In this document: positions 1 through 8,868 of the stretch, one piece after another
Numbering within the stretch: the stretch's first letter is position 1
Layout of the letters: each line of letters starts with the position of its first letter
Assembly (NCBI GenBank): GCA_001791115.1
Contig: MGDZ01000004.1
Location: 1-40,764, forward strand
Direction: 5' to 3'
DNA length: 40,764 nucleotides
From: Candidatus Uhrbacteria bacterium RIFCSPHIGHO2_02_FULL_57_19
Lineage (GTDB): Bacteria; Patescibacteriota; Patescibacteriia; 2-12-FULL-57-11
The notes under the pieces: model-generated
Seen by the model: only the letters and a program-made list of their open reading frames with translations
Database searches by the model: none
What the model was told of the DNA's origin: nothing
Translations under genes and position numbers: made by a program

Positions 1-69
1 CTCGCTCACTCCGTTCGCTCAGACAGCGCAACTGCGAAAAAATTTGTTCCCAGCTCTCGCTTGTCCCAA

Positions 70-95
70 TCCCGGCTTCGCGGCCGGGGTTTTTG
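70..95 (+). terminator. Intrinsic terminator of a gene ending upstream of the window
   Basis: Hairpin CCCGGC-TTCGCG-GCCGGG (71-88) followed by G-TTTTT. Confidence 0.5.
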
Positions 96-99
96 ATTC

Positions 100-127
100 T
101 TGACAGTTGCGTTTGTTTTGGTATCAT
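100..127 (+). promoter_or_regulatory. Sigma70-like promoter of the Nudix gene
   Basis: TTGACA 100-105, 16-nt spacer, TATCAT 122-127. The ORF-track TTG start at 100 is the -35 hexamer itself. Confidence 0.45.
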
Positions 128-171
128 TCCGCTTCCGCAATCACGCGGATCATTCACAGGAGGAGATCATC

Positions 172-1044
172 GTGGGAGGTGAAGGTAGGAGTGCTATCAG
201 TAGAGGAGAGGCGGATCTCGAGCAGTGTCTCGAGCGCATTCGCGAGATGGTCGCAGAAGCGGTGCGCGAGGCAGAGGCCAAGGAGGAGGACGAGCGCCGC
301 GAGGGGAAGGTACTCATCAACAATCCTGTCGCGCGGCAGATGGCTGAAGCGACGCCGATTCACTGCGGAGCGATACCGGCGGGCAGCGAGTACTACGAAC
401 TCATCAGCTGCCTGAACTCGTCCAAGGAAGCTGTCGATCTCTATCTCTTCACCGGCACGACGCGGTATCTCGAGTCACGCCGGCAGTGGAGGGCCTACAA
501 GCCAGCGGTCGAACTCCTGCGCGATGAAGGGATCTACAAGAGTAAGGGAGAAGACCCTCTCTACGGCATATTCCACTATGTTCCCGGTGTGATGGACTTC
601 ATCACCAACGGCGATCGGGTTCTCGCGGGCGTTCGTTCGCGCCAGCTCGCCGGAACGCACATGGGGATGTTGTCCTTCCCTGCCGGTCTCGTGAAGCCGG
701 GTGAGACGCTCGACGATGCGGCGATGCGCCAGCTCAATGAGGAGAGCGGGATTGTTTTCCCGGAGTTCAACCGGGACGCGGTGGAAGCCCGAAACCCCGA
801 TGCGCCGCAGACCACCTACTGCTTCCGGATGGCGACGAAGCAGTTGGAGGTCCGCGAGACCTTCGAGGCGGAAGGCAAGACCTTCATCTGGGTGAATCTC
901 CAGGACTCCGTGATGCCGGCGCTCGAGGGCGATGTGAAGCCGCTCATCAAGGAATTCCGCAAGCGGGGGATCGAAATCACTGATGACGTCCGCATCGCGC
1001 CGGACGCGGCTGAGGGGCTCCGAAAGTTCTTCATCGAGCGGTAA
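172..1044 (+). CDS. Nudix hydrolase domain protein with a ~170-aa N-terminal domain of unknown function
   Basis: GLVKPGETLDDAAMRQLNEESGI (nt ~685-753) fits the Nudix box G-x5-E-x7-REUxEExGU. Start moved to the in-frame GTG at 172, 8 nt after AGGAGG (158-163). Confidence 0.75.
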   Translation: MGGEGRSAISRGEADLEQCLERIREMVAEAVREAEAKEEDERREGKVLINNPVARQMAEATPIHCGAIPAGSEYYELISCLNSSKEAVDLYLFTGTTRYLESRRQWRAYKPAVELLRDEGIYKSKGEDPLYGIFHYVPGVMDFITNGDRVLAGVRSRQLAGTHMGMLSFPAGLVKPGETLDDAAMRQLNEESGIVFPEFNRDAVEARNPDAPQTTYCFRMATKQLEVRETFEAEGKTFIWVNLQDSVMPALEGDVKPLIKEFRKRGIEITDDVRIAPDAAEGLRKFFIER

Positions 1045-1068
1045 CCGAACGGGTTGCCGTCTTTTTTT
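1039..1068 (+). terminator. Intrinsic terminator overlapping the Nudix stop codon
   Basis: CGGTAACC-GAACG-GGTTGCCG stem (one G-U pair) followed by TC-TTTTTTT. Confidence 0.55.
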
Positions 1069-1081
1069 ATTCCACATATCC

Positions 1082-1110
1082 TTGACTCTATTTCTCACCC
1101 TGTTTAAGAT
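1082..1110 (+). promoter_or_regulatory. Sigma70-like promoter; the downstream ORF would be nearly leaderless
   Basis: TTGACT 1082-1087, 17-nt spacer, TAAGAT 1105-1110. The ATG at 1120 lies only 9 nt after the -10 box. Confidence 0.45.
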
Positions 1111-1119
1111 GACCGCACT

Positions 1120-1476
1120 ATGGACGCCGGATTGTGGGAAAAACTTCAGCGCATGGCCGCCGCCGGGGATAGGGTGGTGGTGGTTAATGACGGGGAGGCC
1201 TTTGTTTTGATTCCGCTTGCTGACTATGAGCGGATGCGCAACGGCGAGGCCTCGCTTCAAAAGCTTCCTGGTTTCGAGATGGAAACGTTTGTTTTGCATC
1301 CAGAACCGGCGGCTCCCGTCACAGATAAGCGGTCGCTTGAACTGGGACCGGCAGGGCTTTGGGCGCCACAGCCGGAGCGGGAAGAGGAGCGATTCTCTCT
1401 CGGTGACGGCGAGCTGGGTTTGGCGGCCGACGAGGCCGAGGAAGAAGAGCGGTTCTATTTGGAACCTGTTGAATAG
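1120..1476 (+). CDS. Small acidic hypothetical protein; the N-terminus weakly resembles Phd/YefM-type antitoxins
   Basis: 118-aa ORF between its own promoter and the tuf promoter. VVVNDGEAFVLIPLADYERM resembles an antitoxin N-terminal beta-strand region. The C-terminal half is Glu-rich. No toxin partner is adjacent. Confidence 0.5.
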   Translation: MDAGLWEKLQRMAAAGDRVVVVNDGEAFVLIPLADYERMRNGEASLQKLPGFEMETFVLHPEPAAPVTDKRSLELGPAGLWAPQPEREEERFSLGDGELGLAADEAEEEERFYLEPVE

Positions 1477-1496
1477 GCGGCATCTTGACGCGCCTC

Positions 1497-1525
1497 TTGC
1501 ACGGTTTTAAGGCACCTGTTATACT
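1497..1525 (+). promoter_or_regulatory. Sigma70-like promoter upstream of tuf
   Basis: TTGCAC 1497-1502, 17-nt spacer, TATACT 1520-1525. Confidence 0.45.
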
Positions 1526-1579
1526 CGGAGCGCCTTTATTTTTAAGCCAATTTTTGTTTTCGGTCAGAAAACTACGCAT

Positions 1580-2779
<1,200 letters not shown>

Positions 2780-2787
2780 TTATTCAT

Positions 2788-2811
2788 CCCCGTCCGAGGT
2801 TTCGGGCGGGG
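2788..2811 (+). terminator. Possible weak terminator or attenuator hairpin after tuf
   Basis: CCCCGTCCGA-GGTT-TCGGGCGGGG (one G-U pair) followed by a T-poor tract, TTCGCTCTTTCT. Confidence 0.35.
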
Positions 2812-2825
2812 TTCGCTCTTTCTGC

Positions 2826-3215
2826 ATGGAAGCCGCAGCGGAAACAACTAAAAGCGCAGGCCTGCCTGCCGGCAGGCAGGCGCGAAAAAAGAAGGGCGAG
2901 GAGGAAGAGGTCAAAAACCGGATCCGCATTAAGATCCGCGCCCACGACCACCGGATCATTGACCAGTCAACCAAGACCATCATCGAAACCGCTGAGAGAA
3001 GCGGAGCTTCGGTCGTCGGTCCGATTCCGCTGCCCACCGAGAAGCGCAAGTACACGGTCAACCGCTCGACCTTCGTTCACAAGGATTCCCGCGAACAGTA
3101 CGAGATGCGGGTGCACAAGCGGTTGATTGATATCGTTGATCCCACGCCGCGGACCATTGATTCTCTGATGAGTCTAAATCTTCCGGCTGGAGTTGATGTG
3201 GAAATAAAAATGTGA
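2826..3215 (+). CDS. rpsJ: 30S ribosomal protein S10 with a ~27-aa N-terminal extension
   Basis: [17 protein letters not shown]...[21 protein letters not shown] is canonical S10. No ATG/GTG/TTG occurs between ATG-2826 and the conserved core, so the extension, which carries the palindrome, appears to be translated. Confidence 0.88.
   Translation: MEAAAETTKSAGLPAGRQARKKKGEEEEVKNRIRIKIRAHDHRIIDQSTKTIIETAERSGASVVGPIPLPTEKRKYTVNRSTFVHKDSREQYEMRVHKRLIDIVDPTPRTIDSLMSLNLPAGVDVEIKM
2860..2881. repeat. REP-like perfect palindrome CCTGCCTGCCGGCAGGCAGG (copy 1 of 3)
   Basis: Self-complementary 20-mer at 2861-2880, 22 nt with the flanking G/C pair. Related copies at 22131-22151 and 40498-40518. Confidence 0.85.
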
Positions 3216-3230
3216 TGTGACGCCGATTTC

Positions 3231-3282
3231 GCTGATGTGAGCGGATCATGCGGATCGATCAGCGAGATCAGCTCGAATCAGC
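3231..3282. repeat. Short tandem or inverted repeats of the ATCAGC(G) family in the rpsJ-rplC spacer
   Basis: GCTGAT 3231-3236; GCGGATC x2 (3241-3247, 3250-3256); ATCAGC x3 at 3258, 3267 and 3277 (9-10 nt period). Confidence 0.8.
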
Positions 3283-3515
3283 AAGAACAGCGCCTGAAGC
3301 GAAGCAAAGAAAGCTCCCACGGATGAACAGGACGAGGATGCGGAATCAGACGGGAAAACCTTTGTGGACGCGGACGGCGGAAGAAAGGACATTCAGTATC
3401 CAAAGATAATTGCCTAAGTTTCTCACGAATATCGTGATTGACAGAGGCTAGAAGTCGGCTCGCGACCAACATTCGCGCCACGGCTTCTCGCCTTTTGTTA
3501 TAGGAAGGCGCGATT

Positions 3516-4166
3516 ATGAAGTTCATCTTGGCAAAAAAAATTCAGATGGAGCAACGGTTCCGCCCGAATGGGACGGTGGTTCCGGTTACCCTGCTGGAAG
3601 CCGGACCGTGTACCGTCACCCAGGTGAGAAATGCCGAGCGTGACGGTTATGTCTCGGTCCAGGTAGGGTTTGGCAGCCGCCGGAAGCTCGCCCGACCGCA
3701 GGCCGGGCACGCCAAGGGTTTGCCGTCTCATGCCGAGTTTCGCGAGTTTCGCCTTGATGACGCTTCCAAGTTCGACCGCGGCGGAGTGATCACCGCCGAA
3801 ACTTTCGTCCCCGGCGATCTGGTTACAGTGACCGGAATCTCCAAGGGCCGCGGTTTCGCCGGCGTGGTTAAGCGCCACGGTTTCCACGGCCATCCGCCGA
3901 GCCATGGCCACAAAGATCAGGAGCGCATGCCCGGTTCCATCGGCTCGAAGCGCCAGGGTCCGGTGGCCAAGGGAAAACGCATGGCCGGACGGATGGGCGG
4001 GGAGCGGACAACGGTTAAGAATCTGGAGGTGATCGAAGTCGATCAGGCCAGGAATCTCATCGCCGTCAAAGGGGCGGTTCCCGGCGCGCGAGGAACCTTG
4101 CTGCTTGTCTCCGCCGAAGGGGAGATGGCCGTCGAAGTCGCGCCGACCGCGGCTCCGAACGCCTAA
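3516..4166 (+). CDS. rplC: 50S ribosomal protein L3
   Basis: 216 aa. GKGRGFAGVVKRHGF motif and operon position. Confidence 0.96.
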   Translation: MKFILAKKIQMEQRFRPNGTVVPVTLLEAGPCTVTQVRNAERDGYVSVQVGFGSRRKLARPQAGHAKGLPSHAEFREFRLDDASKFDRGGVITAETFVPGDLVTVTGISKGRGFAGVVKRHGFHGHPPSHGHKDQERMPGSIGSKRQGPVAKGKRMAGRMGGERTTVKNLEVIEVDQARNLIAVKGAVPGARGTLLLVSAEGEMAVEVAPTAAPNA

Positions 4167-4171
4167 AAGTT

Positions 4172-4816
4172 ATGAAAAAGCTTTCCACCATCGTCTATAC
4201 GGAAGAAGGCAAACCAACGGGAGAGATAGATCTGAATCCGGCGGTTTTCGGAGTGGCGGTCAAGCCCCAGGTGTTGCAGCAGGCGATTATCGCCCAGCGG
4301 GCTAATGCCCGCAGGTCGGTGGCCCATACCAAGACTCGCGGCGAGGTCCGCGGCGGAGGCCGAAAGCCCTGGCGCCAGAAGGGGACCGGCCGAGCCAGGC
4401 ATGGCTCCACCCGCTCGCCCATCTGGGTCGGCGGCGGCGTCACTTTCGGGCCGCGCTCGGAACGAAACTTCGAGGTCAAACTCAATCGCAAGACCCGTGT
4501 CGCGGCCATTCGCATGGCTCTTACCGAGAAAGTCGCCGACGGAAAGTTGATAGTTCTGGAATCGTTGGCTTTTCCCGAATATAAAACCAAGCGCATGGCC
4601 GGCATCATGGGAAAACTTCCGACTGTCGGCAGAAAAACTCTGCTGGTGCTTCCGGTCAGTGATGGAAAGGTGTCTAAATCGGCCGCCAACATTCCGGCAG
4701 TAACTACCAGGAACGCGGGGAACCTCAACGTAATCGATCTTGTAAACAACTCCGCTTTGCTGACCACTCGAGAGGGAGTCAAACGGATCGAGGGAATCTA
4801 CGGTCCTAAGAAATAA
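4172..4816 (+). CDS. rplD: 50S ribosomal protein L4
   Basis: 214 aa. GGGRKPWRQKGTGRARHGS.RSPIWVGGG motif. Confidence 0.96.
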   Translation: MKKLSTIVYTEEGKPTGEIDLNPAVFGVAVKPQVLQQAIIAQRANARRSVAHTKTRGEVRGGGRKPWRQKGTGRARHGSTRSPIWVGGGVTFGPRSERNFEVKLNRKTRVAAIRMALTEKVADGKLIVLESLAFPEYKTKRMAGIMGKLPTVGRKTLLVLPVSDGKVSKSAANIPAVTTRNAGNLNVIDLVNNSALLTTREGVKRIEGIYGPKK

Positions 4817-4820
4817 AAAT

Positions 4821-5243
4821 ATGGCCGCCTTTTTGGACAAATTCAGATTCACCCGCAAGCCCTTCCGCCAGCCCAAAGAGAAAGAGGCCGATGTTTCGGA
4901 GACGAAGAAGGCCAAAGAGCCGGCGGCGGAAATCCACCAGCCGGCCTCGGAAGACACCGGCCAGGCCTATCGCGTTCTCCTTCGGCCGCTAGTCACCGAG
5001 AAAGGCGCGCGGCTGGGAGAGTCAGGTCAGTATGTCTTCATCGTGGCCAGGGATGCCACCCGCATTGCCGTTGCCCGGGCAGTGGAGAAGGTCTATGGTG
5101 TTCGTCCGCTCAAAGTGAATATCGCCCGGGTCAGGGGCAAACAGATTCGTTTCGGACGGACGCGAGGACGCCAAAAGGACTGGAAAAAGGCTCTGGTGAT
5201 CCTACCGCCTGGCAAAAAAATTCGTGTTTACGAAGGAGTGTAA
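4821..5243 (+). CDS. rplW: 50S ribosomal protein L23 with a ~45-aa N-terminal extension
   Basis: YRVLLRPLVTEKGARL...KVNIARVRGK core. No alternative start codon lies before the core. Confidence 0.9.
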   Translation: MAAFLDKFRFTRKPFRQPKEKEADVSETKKAKEPAAEIHQPASEDTGQAYRVLLRPLVTEKGARLGESGQYVFIVARDATRIAVARAVEKVYGVRPLKVNIARVRGKQIRFGRTRGRQKDWKKALVILPPGKKIRVYEGV

Positions 5244-5252
5244 ATTCCAATC

Positions 5253-6083
5253 ATGCCTGTCAAACATTACAAACCTACCACTCCTGGTCGCCGGCTGGCC
5301 ACCGTCGACGCTTTTGCCGACGTTACCAAGCACAAACCGGAAAAATCGCTCCTGCTTCCTCCCAAGCGCCGCGGCGGCCGGAACTTCCAGGGAAAGATTA
5401 CTGTGCGCCACCGCGGAGGCGGGGCGCGGCGCTACATCCGCATTGTCGATTTCCGGCAGGACCGCTATGATGCGCCGGCCAAAGTGCTGGCCATCGAGTA
5501 CGATCCGGGCCGCGGGGCGAGGATCGCCCTCATCCAATATCAGGATGGAGAGAAGCGCTATATCGTCGCCCCTCTTAATCTTGAGGTGGGCGGAGAGGTG
5601 CGCTCCTCACGGCAGGCTGTCGAGATCAAACCTGGAAACCGCATGCCCTTGGAGTTTATTCCCGTGGGCTTGATCGTCCACAACGTGGAACTTAGGCCCG
5701 GCCAGGGAGGAGTGCTGGTTCGCGGCGCCGGTCTGGGGGCGCAGATCATGGCTGTTGAAGGCGACTACGCCCAGATCAAGCTTCCCTCTGGTGAGATTCG
5801 GATGGTTCCCAAAACCGCGGCCGCCACGGTGGGTATCGTCGGAAATCCGGATCATCGGCTGGTTCGCTACGGAAAAGCCGGCCGCATCAGACATCTGGGC
5901 ATTCGTCCGTCAGTCAGGGGCAAGGCGATGAATCCGGTCGACCATCCGCATGGCGGCGGCGAGGGCAAGCATCCCATCGGCCTGAAGCATCCCAAGACTC
6001 CCTGGGGCAAGCCGGCGCTGGGAGTGAAGACGCGCAAACGGACCAAGTGGTCAAACGTGCTTATTGTCAAACGCCGGAAATAA
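5253..6083 (+). CDS. rplB: 50S ribosomal protein L2
   Basis: 276 aa. [16 protein letters not shown] and [14 protein letters not shown] motifs. Confidence 0.98.
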   Translation: MPVKHYKPTTPGRRLATVDAFADVTKHKPEKSLLLPPKRRGGRNFQGKITVRHRGGGARRYIRIVDFRQDRYDAPAKVLAIEYDPGRGARIALIQYQDGEKRYIVAPLNLEVGGEVRSSRQAVEIKPGNRMPLEFIPVGLIVHNVELRPGQGGVLVRGAGLGAQIMAVEGDYAQIKLPSGEIRMVPKTAAATVGIVGNPDHRLVRYGKAGRIRHLGIRPSVRGKAMNPVDHPHGGGEGKHPIGLKHPKTPWGKPALGVKTRKRTKWSNVLIVKRRK

Positions 6084-6086
6084 GAT

Positions 6087-6431
6087 ATGTCTCGCAGTCT
6101 AAAAAAAGGACCATACGTTGATCAAAAGCTTCTGGCCAAGATTATGCGTCTCCGTCCAGGGGACAAAATGGTGATCAAAACCTGGGCGCGCGCTTCGACT
6201 ATCACTCCGGAGATGGTCGGGTTCACCGTCGGCGTGCATAACGGCAAGACGCATGTTCCGGTTTTGATCGTGGAAAATATGGTCGGTCACAAGCTGGGCG
6301 AGTTCTCTCTCTCCAAAAAGTTCATCCGCCACGGAGGCAAGATGCAGAAAGAAATCGAGGCCAAAGCCGCCCCGCTTAGCGGGGCAGCCGCGCCCGCCCC
6401 GCTAAGCGGGGCTCCGGCAGCCAAGAAATAA
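6087..6431 (+). CDS. rpsS: 30S ribosomal protein S19 with a ~20-aa repeat-encoded C-terminal tail
   Basis: [11 protein letters not shown]...GHKLGEF core. The tail [21 protein letters not shown] is encoded by two palindromic repeats. Confidence 0.95.
   Translation: MSRSLKKGPYVDQKLLAKIMRLRPGDKMVIKTWARASTITPEMVGFTVGVHNGKTHVPVLIVENMVGHKLGEFSLSKKFIRHGGKMQKEIEAKAAPLSGAAAPAPLSGAPAAKK
6370..6411. repeat. Two hairpin-forming palindromes, CCCCGCTTAGCGGGG and CCCCGCTAAGCGGGG, inside the rpsS 3' end
   Basis: Located at 6370-6384 and 6397-6411, which are reverse complements of each other with a 27-nt period. The same CCCGCTTAGCGGG core forms the terminator at 26516-26546. Confidence 0.85.
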
Positions 6432-6439
6432 TTATAAAT

Positions 6440-6886
6440 ATGGAAGTGAAAGCCGCCGCCAGATTCATCCGCATGTCGCCGCGTAAGGTTCGGCTGGTCG
6501 CCGGCTTGGTGCGCGGTTTGGATGTGGTCGAGGCGGCCGCCCAGCTGGGGTTCTATCGCAAGGAAGCGGCCAGACCGATATTGAAACTGCTCCGTTCGGC
6601 AATAGCCAACGCGGAACATAACTTCAAGCTCTCCCGGGACAGGTTGTTCATCAAAACCCTTACTGTTGACGGCGGTCCGACCATCAAGCGCTGGCGGCCG
6701 CGGGCTTTCGGACGAGCGGCGCCCATTCGCAAACGCACCAGCCACATCAACATCGTTCTCGCCGAACGGCCAGTTCCGGCAGCCGGAGCGGCGCCGAAAC
6801 TCCGATTCCACTCTCGCCGGGAAAAGCAGAAGCTCGCCGCCAAAACTAATCAGCGGAATCGGCTCAAATCCGCGAAATCAGCGTAG
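6440..6886 (+). CDS. rplV: 50S ribosomal protein L22 with a ~35-aa C-terminal extension
   Basis: ARFIRMSPRKVRLVAGLVRG start. The extension ends in repeat-encoded NQRNRLKSAKSA. Confidence 0.95.
   Translation: MEVKAAARFIRMSPRKVRLVAGLVRGLDVVEAAAQLGFYRKEAARPILKLLRSAIANAEHNFKLSRDRLFIKTLTVDGGPTIKRWRPRAFGRAAPIRKRTSHINIVLAERPVPAAGAAPKLRFHSRREKQKLAAKTNQRNRLKSAKSA
6848..6883. repeat. Four tandem ~9-nt units of the AATCAGCG family at the rplV 3' end
   Basis: AATCAGCGG AATCGGCTC AAATCCGCG AAATCAGCG, ending at the rplV stop, 4 nt before the rpsC ATG. Confidence 0.8.
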
Positions 6887-6887
6887 T

Positions 6888-7538
6888 ATGGGAAATAAAG
6901 TACATCCGACAAGTTTCCGCCTCGGCACGACCGCCACCTGGCAATCGCGCTGGTTTTCCGTACGCGAGTATCCCAAGTTTCTCCGCCAGGACGTGGAGGT
7001 CAGGGCGTTTCTTCGCGATCTTCTGCGGGAGGCGGCCGTCGATCGCATCGATATCGAGCGTTCGGCCAACCAGATGACCATCATCATCGCTTCGGCCAAA
7101 CCGGGGTTCATTATCGGTCGGGCCGGCGCCGGCGCCGAGGAGATCAAAGAAAAAATCCGTCAGAAATTTTTCCGCGGCCAGAAAGTATCGCTGGGAGTGA
7201 ACATCGTCGAGGTGCCCAGGCCGTCTCTCTCTTCGTCCATCGTCATGCAACAGATAGTTTCCGATCTGGAGAAACGAATGCCCTTTCGCCGGGTTTTGAA
7301 GATGACCGTTGACCGCGTTTCCAAGGCCGGTGCCAGAGGAGTAAGGGTCGAAGTCGCCGGCCGGCTGAACGGAGCGGAGATCGCCCGAACGGAAAAGCTG
7401 GCTTGGGGCAGCGTGCCCTTGCACAATCTCAGGGCGGATATTAATTATGCTCAGGGATTCGCCAGGACCATCTACGGAACCATCGGAGTCAAGGTCTGGA
7501 TCTATCGGGGGGAAGTGTTTGAGAAGGAAAAAGAGTAG
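6888..7538 (+). CDS. rpsC: 30S ribosomal protein S3
   Basis: MGNKVHPTSFRLG start at ATG-6888, 1 nt after the rplV stop. The upstream part of ORF 6666-7538 overlaps rplV out of frame. Confidence 0.96.
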   Translation: MGNKVHPTSFRLGTTATWQSRWFSVREYPKFLRQDVEVRAFLRDLLREAAVDRIDIERSANQMTIIIASAKPGFIIGRAGAGAEEIKEKIRQKFFRGQKVSLGVNIVEVPRPSLSSSIVMQQIVSDLEKRMPFRRVLKMTVDRVSKAGARGVRVEVAGRLNGAEIARTEKLAWGSVPLHNLRADINYAQGFARTIYGTIGVKVWIYRGEVFEKEKE

Positions 7539-7544
7539 CGGTTT

Positions 7545-7961
7545 ATGTTCATCCCCAAGAAAGTCAAATATCGGAAACTCCACAAAGGCCGCTCGCGCGG
7601 GGAGCATGCTGCGACGCGAAAAATCTCTCTGGCTTTCGGAAGCCGCGGTTTGAAAACATTGGAATTCGGCTGGATTACCTCGCGCCAGCTCGAAGCCGCC
7701 CGGCGGGCCATGACCCGTTCGATCAAGCGGGGAGGTAAGGTCTGGATCAGAGTATTTCCGGACAAGTCAGTGACCATCAAGGGTTCCGAGGTTCCCATGG
7801 GCGGCGGCAAGGGCGCGGTTGACCATTACGTGGCGGTAGTGCGTCCAGGAACGGTCATCTTGGAGATTGACGGCACCACTGACGAGGTGGCCGATGAAGC
7901 CTTGCGGCTGGCCGCCTACAAACTTCCGGTAAGGACTAGGATAATCGGGAAAAACGGCTGA
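7545..7961 (+). CDS. rplP: 50S ribosomal protein L16
   Basis: MFIPKKVKYRKLHKGR start; 138 aa. Confidence 0.97.
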   Translation: MFIPKKVKYRKLHKGRSRGEHAATRKISLAFGSRGLKTLEFGWITSRQLEAARRAMTRSIKRGGKVWIRVFPDKSVTIKGSEVPMGGGKGAVDHYVAVVRPGTVILEIDGTTDEVADEALRLAAYKLPVRTRIIGKNG

Positions 7962-7989
7962 TCAGAACCTGTAGTGAGCTAGTCGAACT

Positions 7990-8211
7990 ATGAAAGAATG
8001 GAAAGAAATCCAAAACAAGGAAATTCCGGAGCTGGTCCGGGAGATGGCCGCTTCCCGCGAGAAGTTGCGCGATCTGCGTTTTCGCATTTCCCAAGGACAG
8101 CACAAGGATGTTCGCGAAGTCCGTGAGATCCGCGTGCGCATCGCCCGTTTGGCGACTCTCGTCTCCAAGCGGAGCGCGGCGTCGTCGACAGCGCGCGAAA
8201 CACAGATATGA
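7990..8211 (+). CDS. rpmC: 50S ribosomal protein L29
   Basis: 73 aa. KLRDLRFRISQGQ helix pattern and operon position. Confidence 0.9.
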   Translation: MKEWKEIQNKEIPELVREMAASREKLRDLRFRISQGQHKDVREVREIRVRIARLATLVSKRSAASSTARETQI

Positions 8212-8489
8212 ACACCGAGAAAGCAAATTTGAAGGCCGCAGACGCATCGGCTCGCCGCCGGCTTCAGGGTGTTGTCGTTTCGGACAAGATGTCCAAGACG
8301 GTGATCGTTCGCGTTGACCGGACGGCAACCCATCCCATGTACCGCAAGCAGTACCGCGTCTCGCGCCGCTACAAGGCCCATGATGAAGAGAACGCTTACC
8401 ATTCGGGAGACGTGGTGACTATCGAGGAAACCAGGCCGGTTTCCCGCGACAAGCGCTGGCGGGTCGTCTCCAAGGTTTCCAAGAACTGA
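8208..8489 (+). CDS. rpsQ: 30S ribosomal protein S17
   Basis: [20 protein letters not shown]...HPMYRK. ATGA overlap with rpmC. Confidence 0.95.
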   Translation: MNTEKANLKAADASARRRLQGVVVSDKMSKTVIVRVDRTATHPMYRKQYRVSRRYKAHDEENAYHSGDVVTIEETRPVSRDKRWRVVSKVSKN

Positions 8490-8490
8490 T

Positions 8491-8862
8491 ATGGTTCAAC
8501 ACCGCACCATGTTAGTGTCGGCGGACAACACCGGAGCCAGGAAGCTCCAGGTGATTCGGGTTTTGGGCGGATACCAGAAGCGCTACGGCCGATTGGGAGA
8601 CATCATCACCGCGGTGGTCAAGGAGGCCACTCCGCACGGCATGGTCAAGAAGAGCGAAGTGGTGCACGTGGTGATCGTCCGCAGTCACAAAGAGGTCCGT
8701 CGGGCCGACGGGTCCTACATCCGTTTTGACGACAATGCCGGAGTGATTGTCGACCGCAAGAGCAAGGAGCCGAAAGGCACGCGCATTTTTGGGCCGGTGG
8801 CCCGGGAGCTTCGGGCTAAGGGATTTTCGAAGATTATTTCTCTCGCACCGGAAGTGCTGTAA
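8491..8862 (+). CDS. rplN: 50S ribosomal protein L14
   Basis: [27 protein letters not shown]; 123 aa. Confidence 0.97.
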   Translation: MVQHRTMLVSADNTGARKLQVIRVLGGYQKRYGRLGDIITAVVKEATPHGMVKKSEVVHVVIVRSHKEVRRADGSYIRFDDNAGVIVDRKSKEPKGTRIFGPVARELRAKGFSKIISLAPEVL

Positions 8863-8868
8863 CTCGCT

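Noticed and set aside
475-1299. 274-aa minus-strand ORF antisense to the Nudix gene
   Set aside because: It lies entirely opposite an ORF with a canonical Nudix box. It is Arg/Pro/Leu-rich, as expected for a shadow ORF in GC-rich DNA, and has no motif.
3248-3409. 53-aa very basic ORF ([34 protein letters not shown]...) in the rpsJ-rplC spacer; a possible small ribosomal protein
   Set aside because: It has no Shine-Dalgarno sequence. Its N-terminus is encoded by the ATCAGC repeats. It does not resemble L34, L35, L36, L33, L32 or S21 as I remember them. It would be worth checking only if ribosome profiling exists.
4163-4957. 264-aa minus-strand ORF. The same class includes 6864-7607(-), 8715-9635(-), 24218-24949(-), 25721-26365(-) and 38012-39037(+).
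   Set aside because: All are antisense or out-of-frame shadows of well-supported conserved genes (rplD, rpsC, rplN-rplE, the DD-carboxypeptidase, GT4 and der). All have low-complexity Arg/Ser/Pro composition.
6666-6887. N-terminal extensions in the ORF track for rpsC (6666), adk (14474), rpsZ (9703), the PIN gene (16375), scpA (23028), the HAD gene (32186) and aspS (20699)
   Set aside because: In each case an internal ATG directly follows the upstream gene's stop and gives the conserved family N-terminus. The extension overlaps the preceding gene or a promoter.
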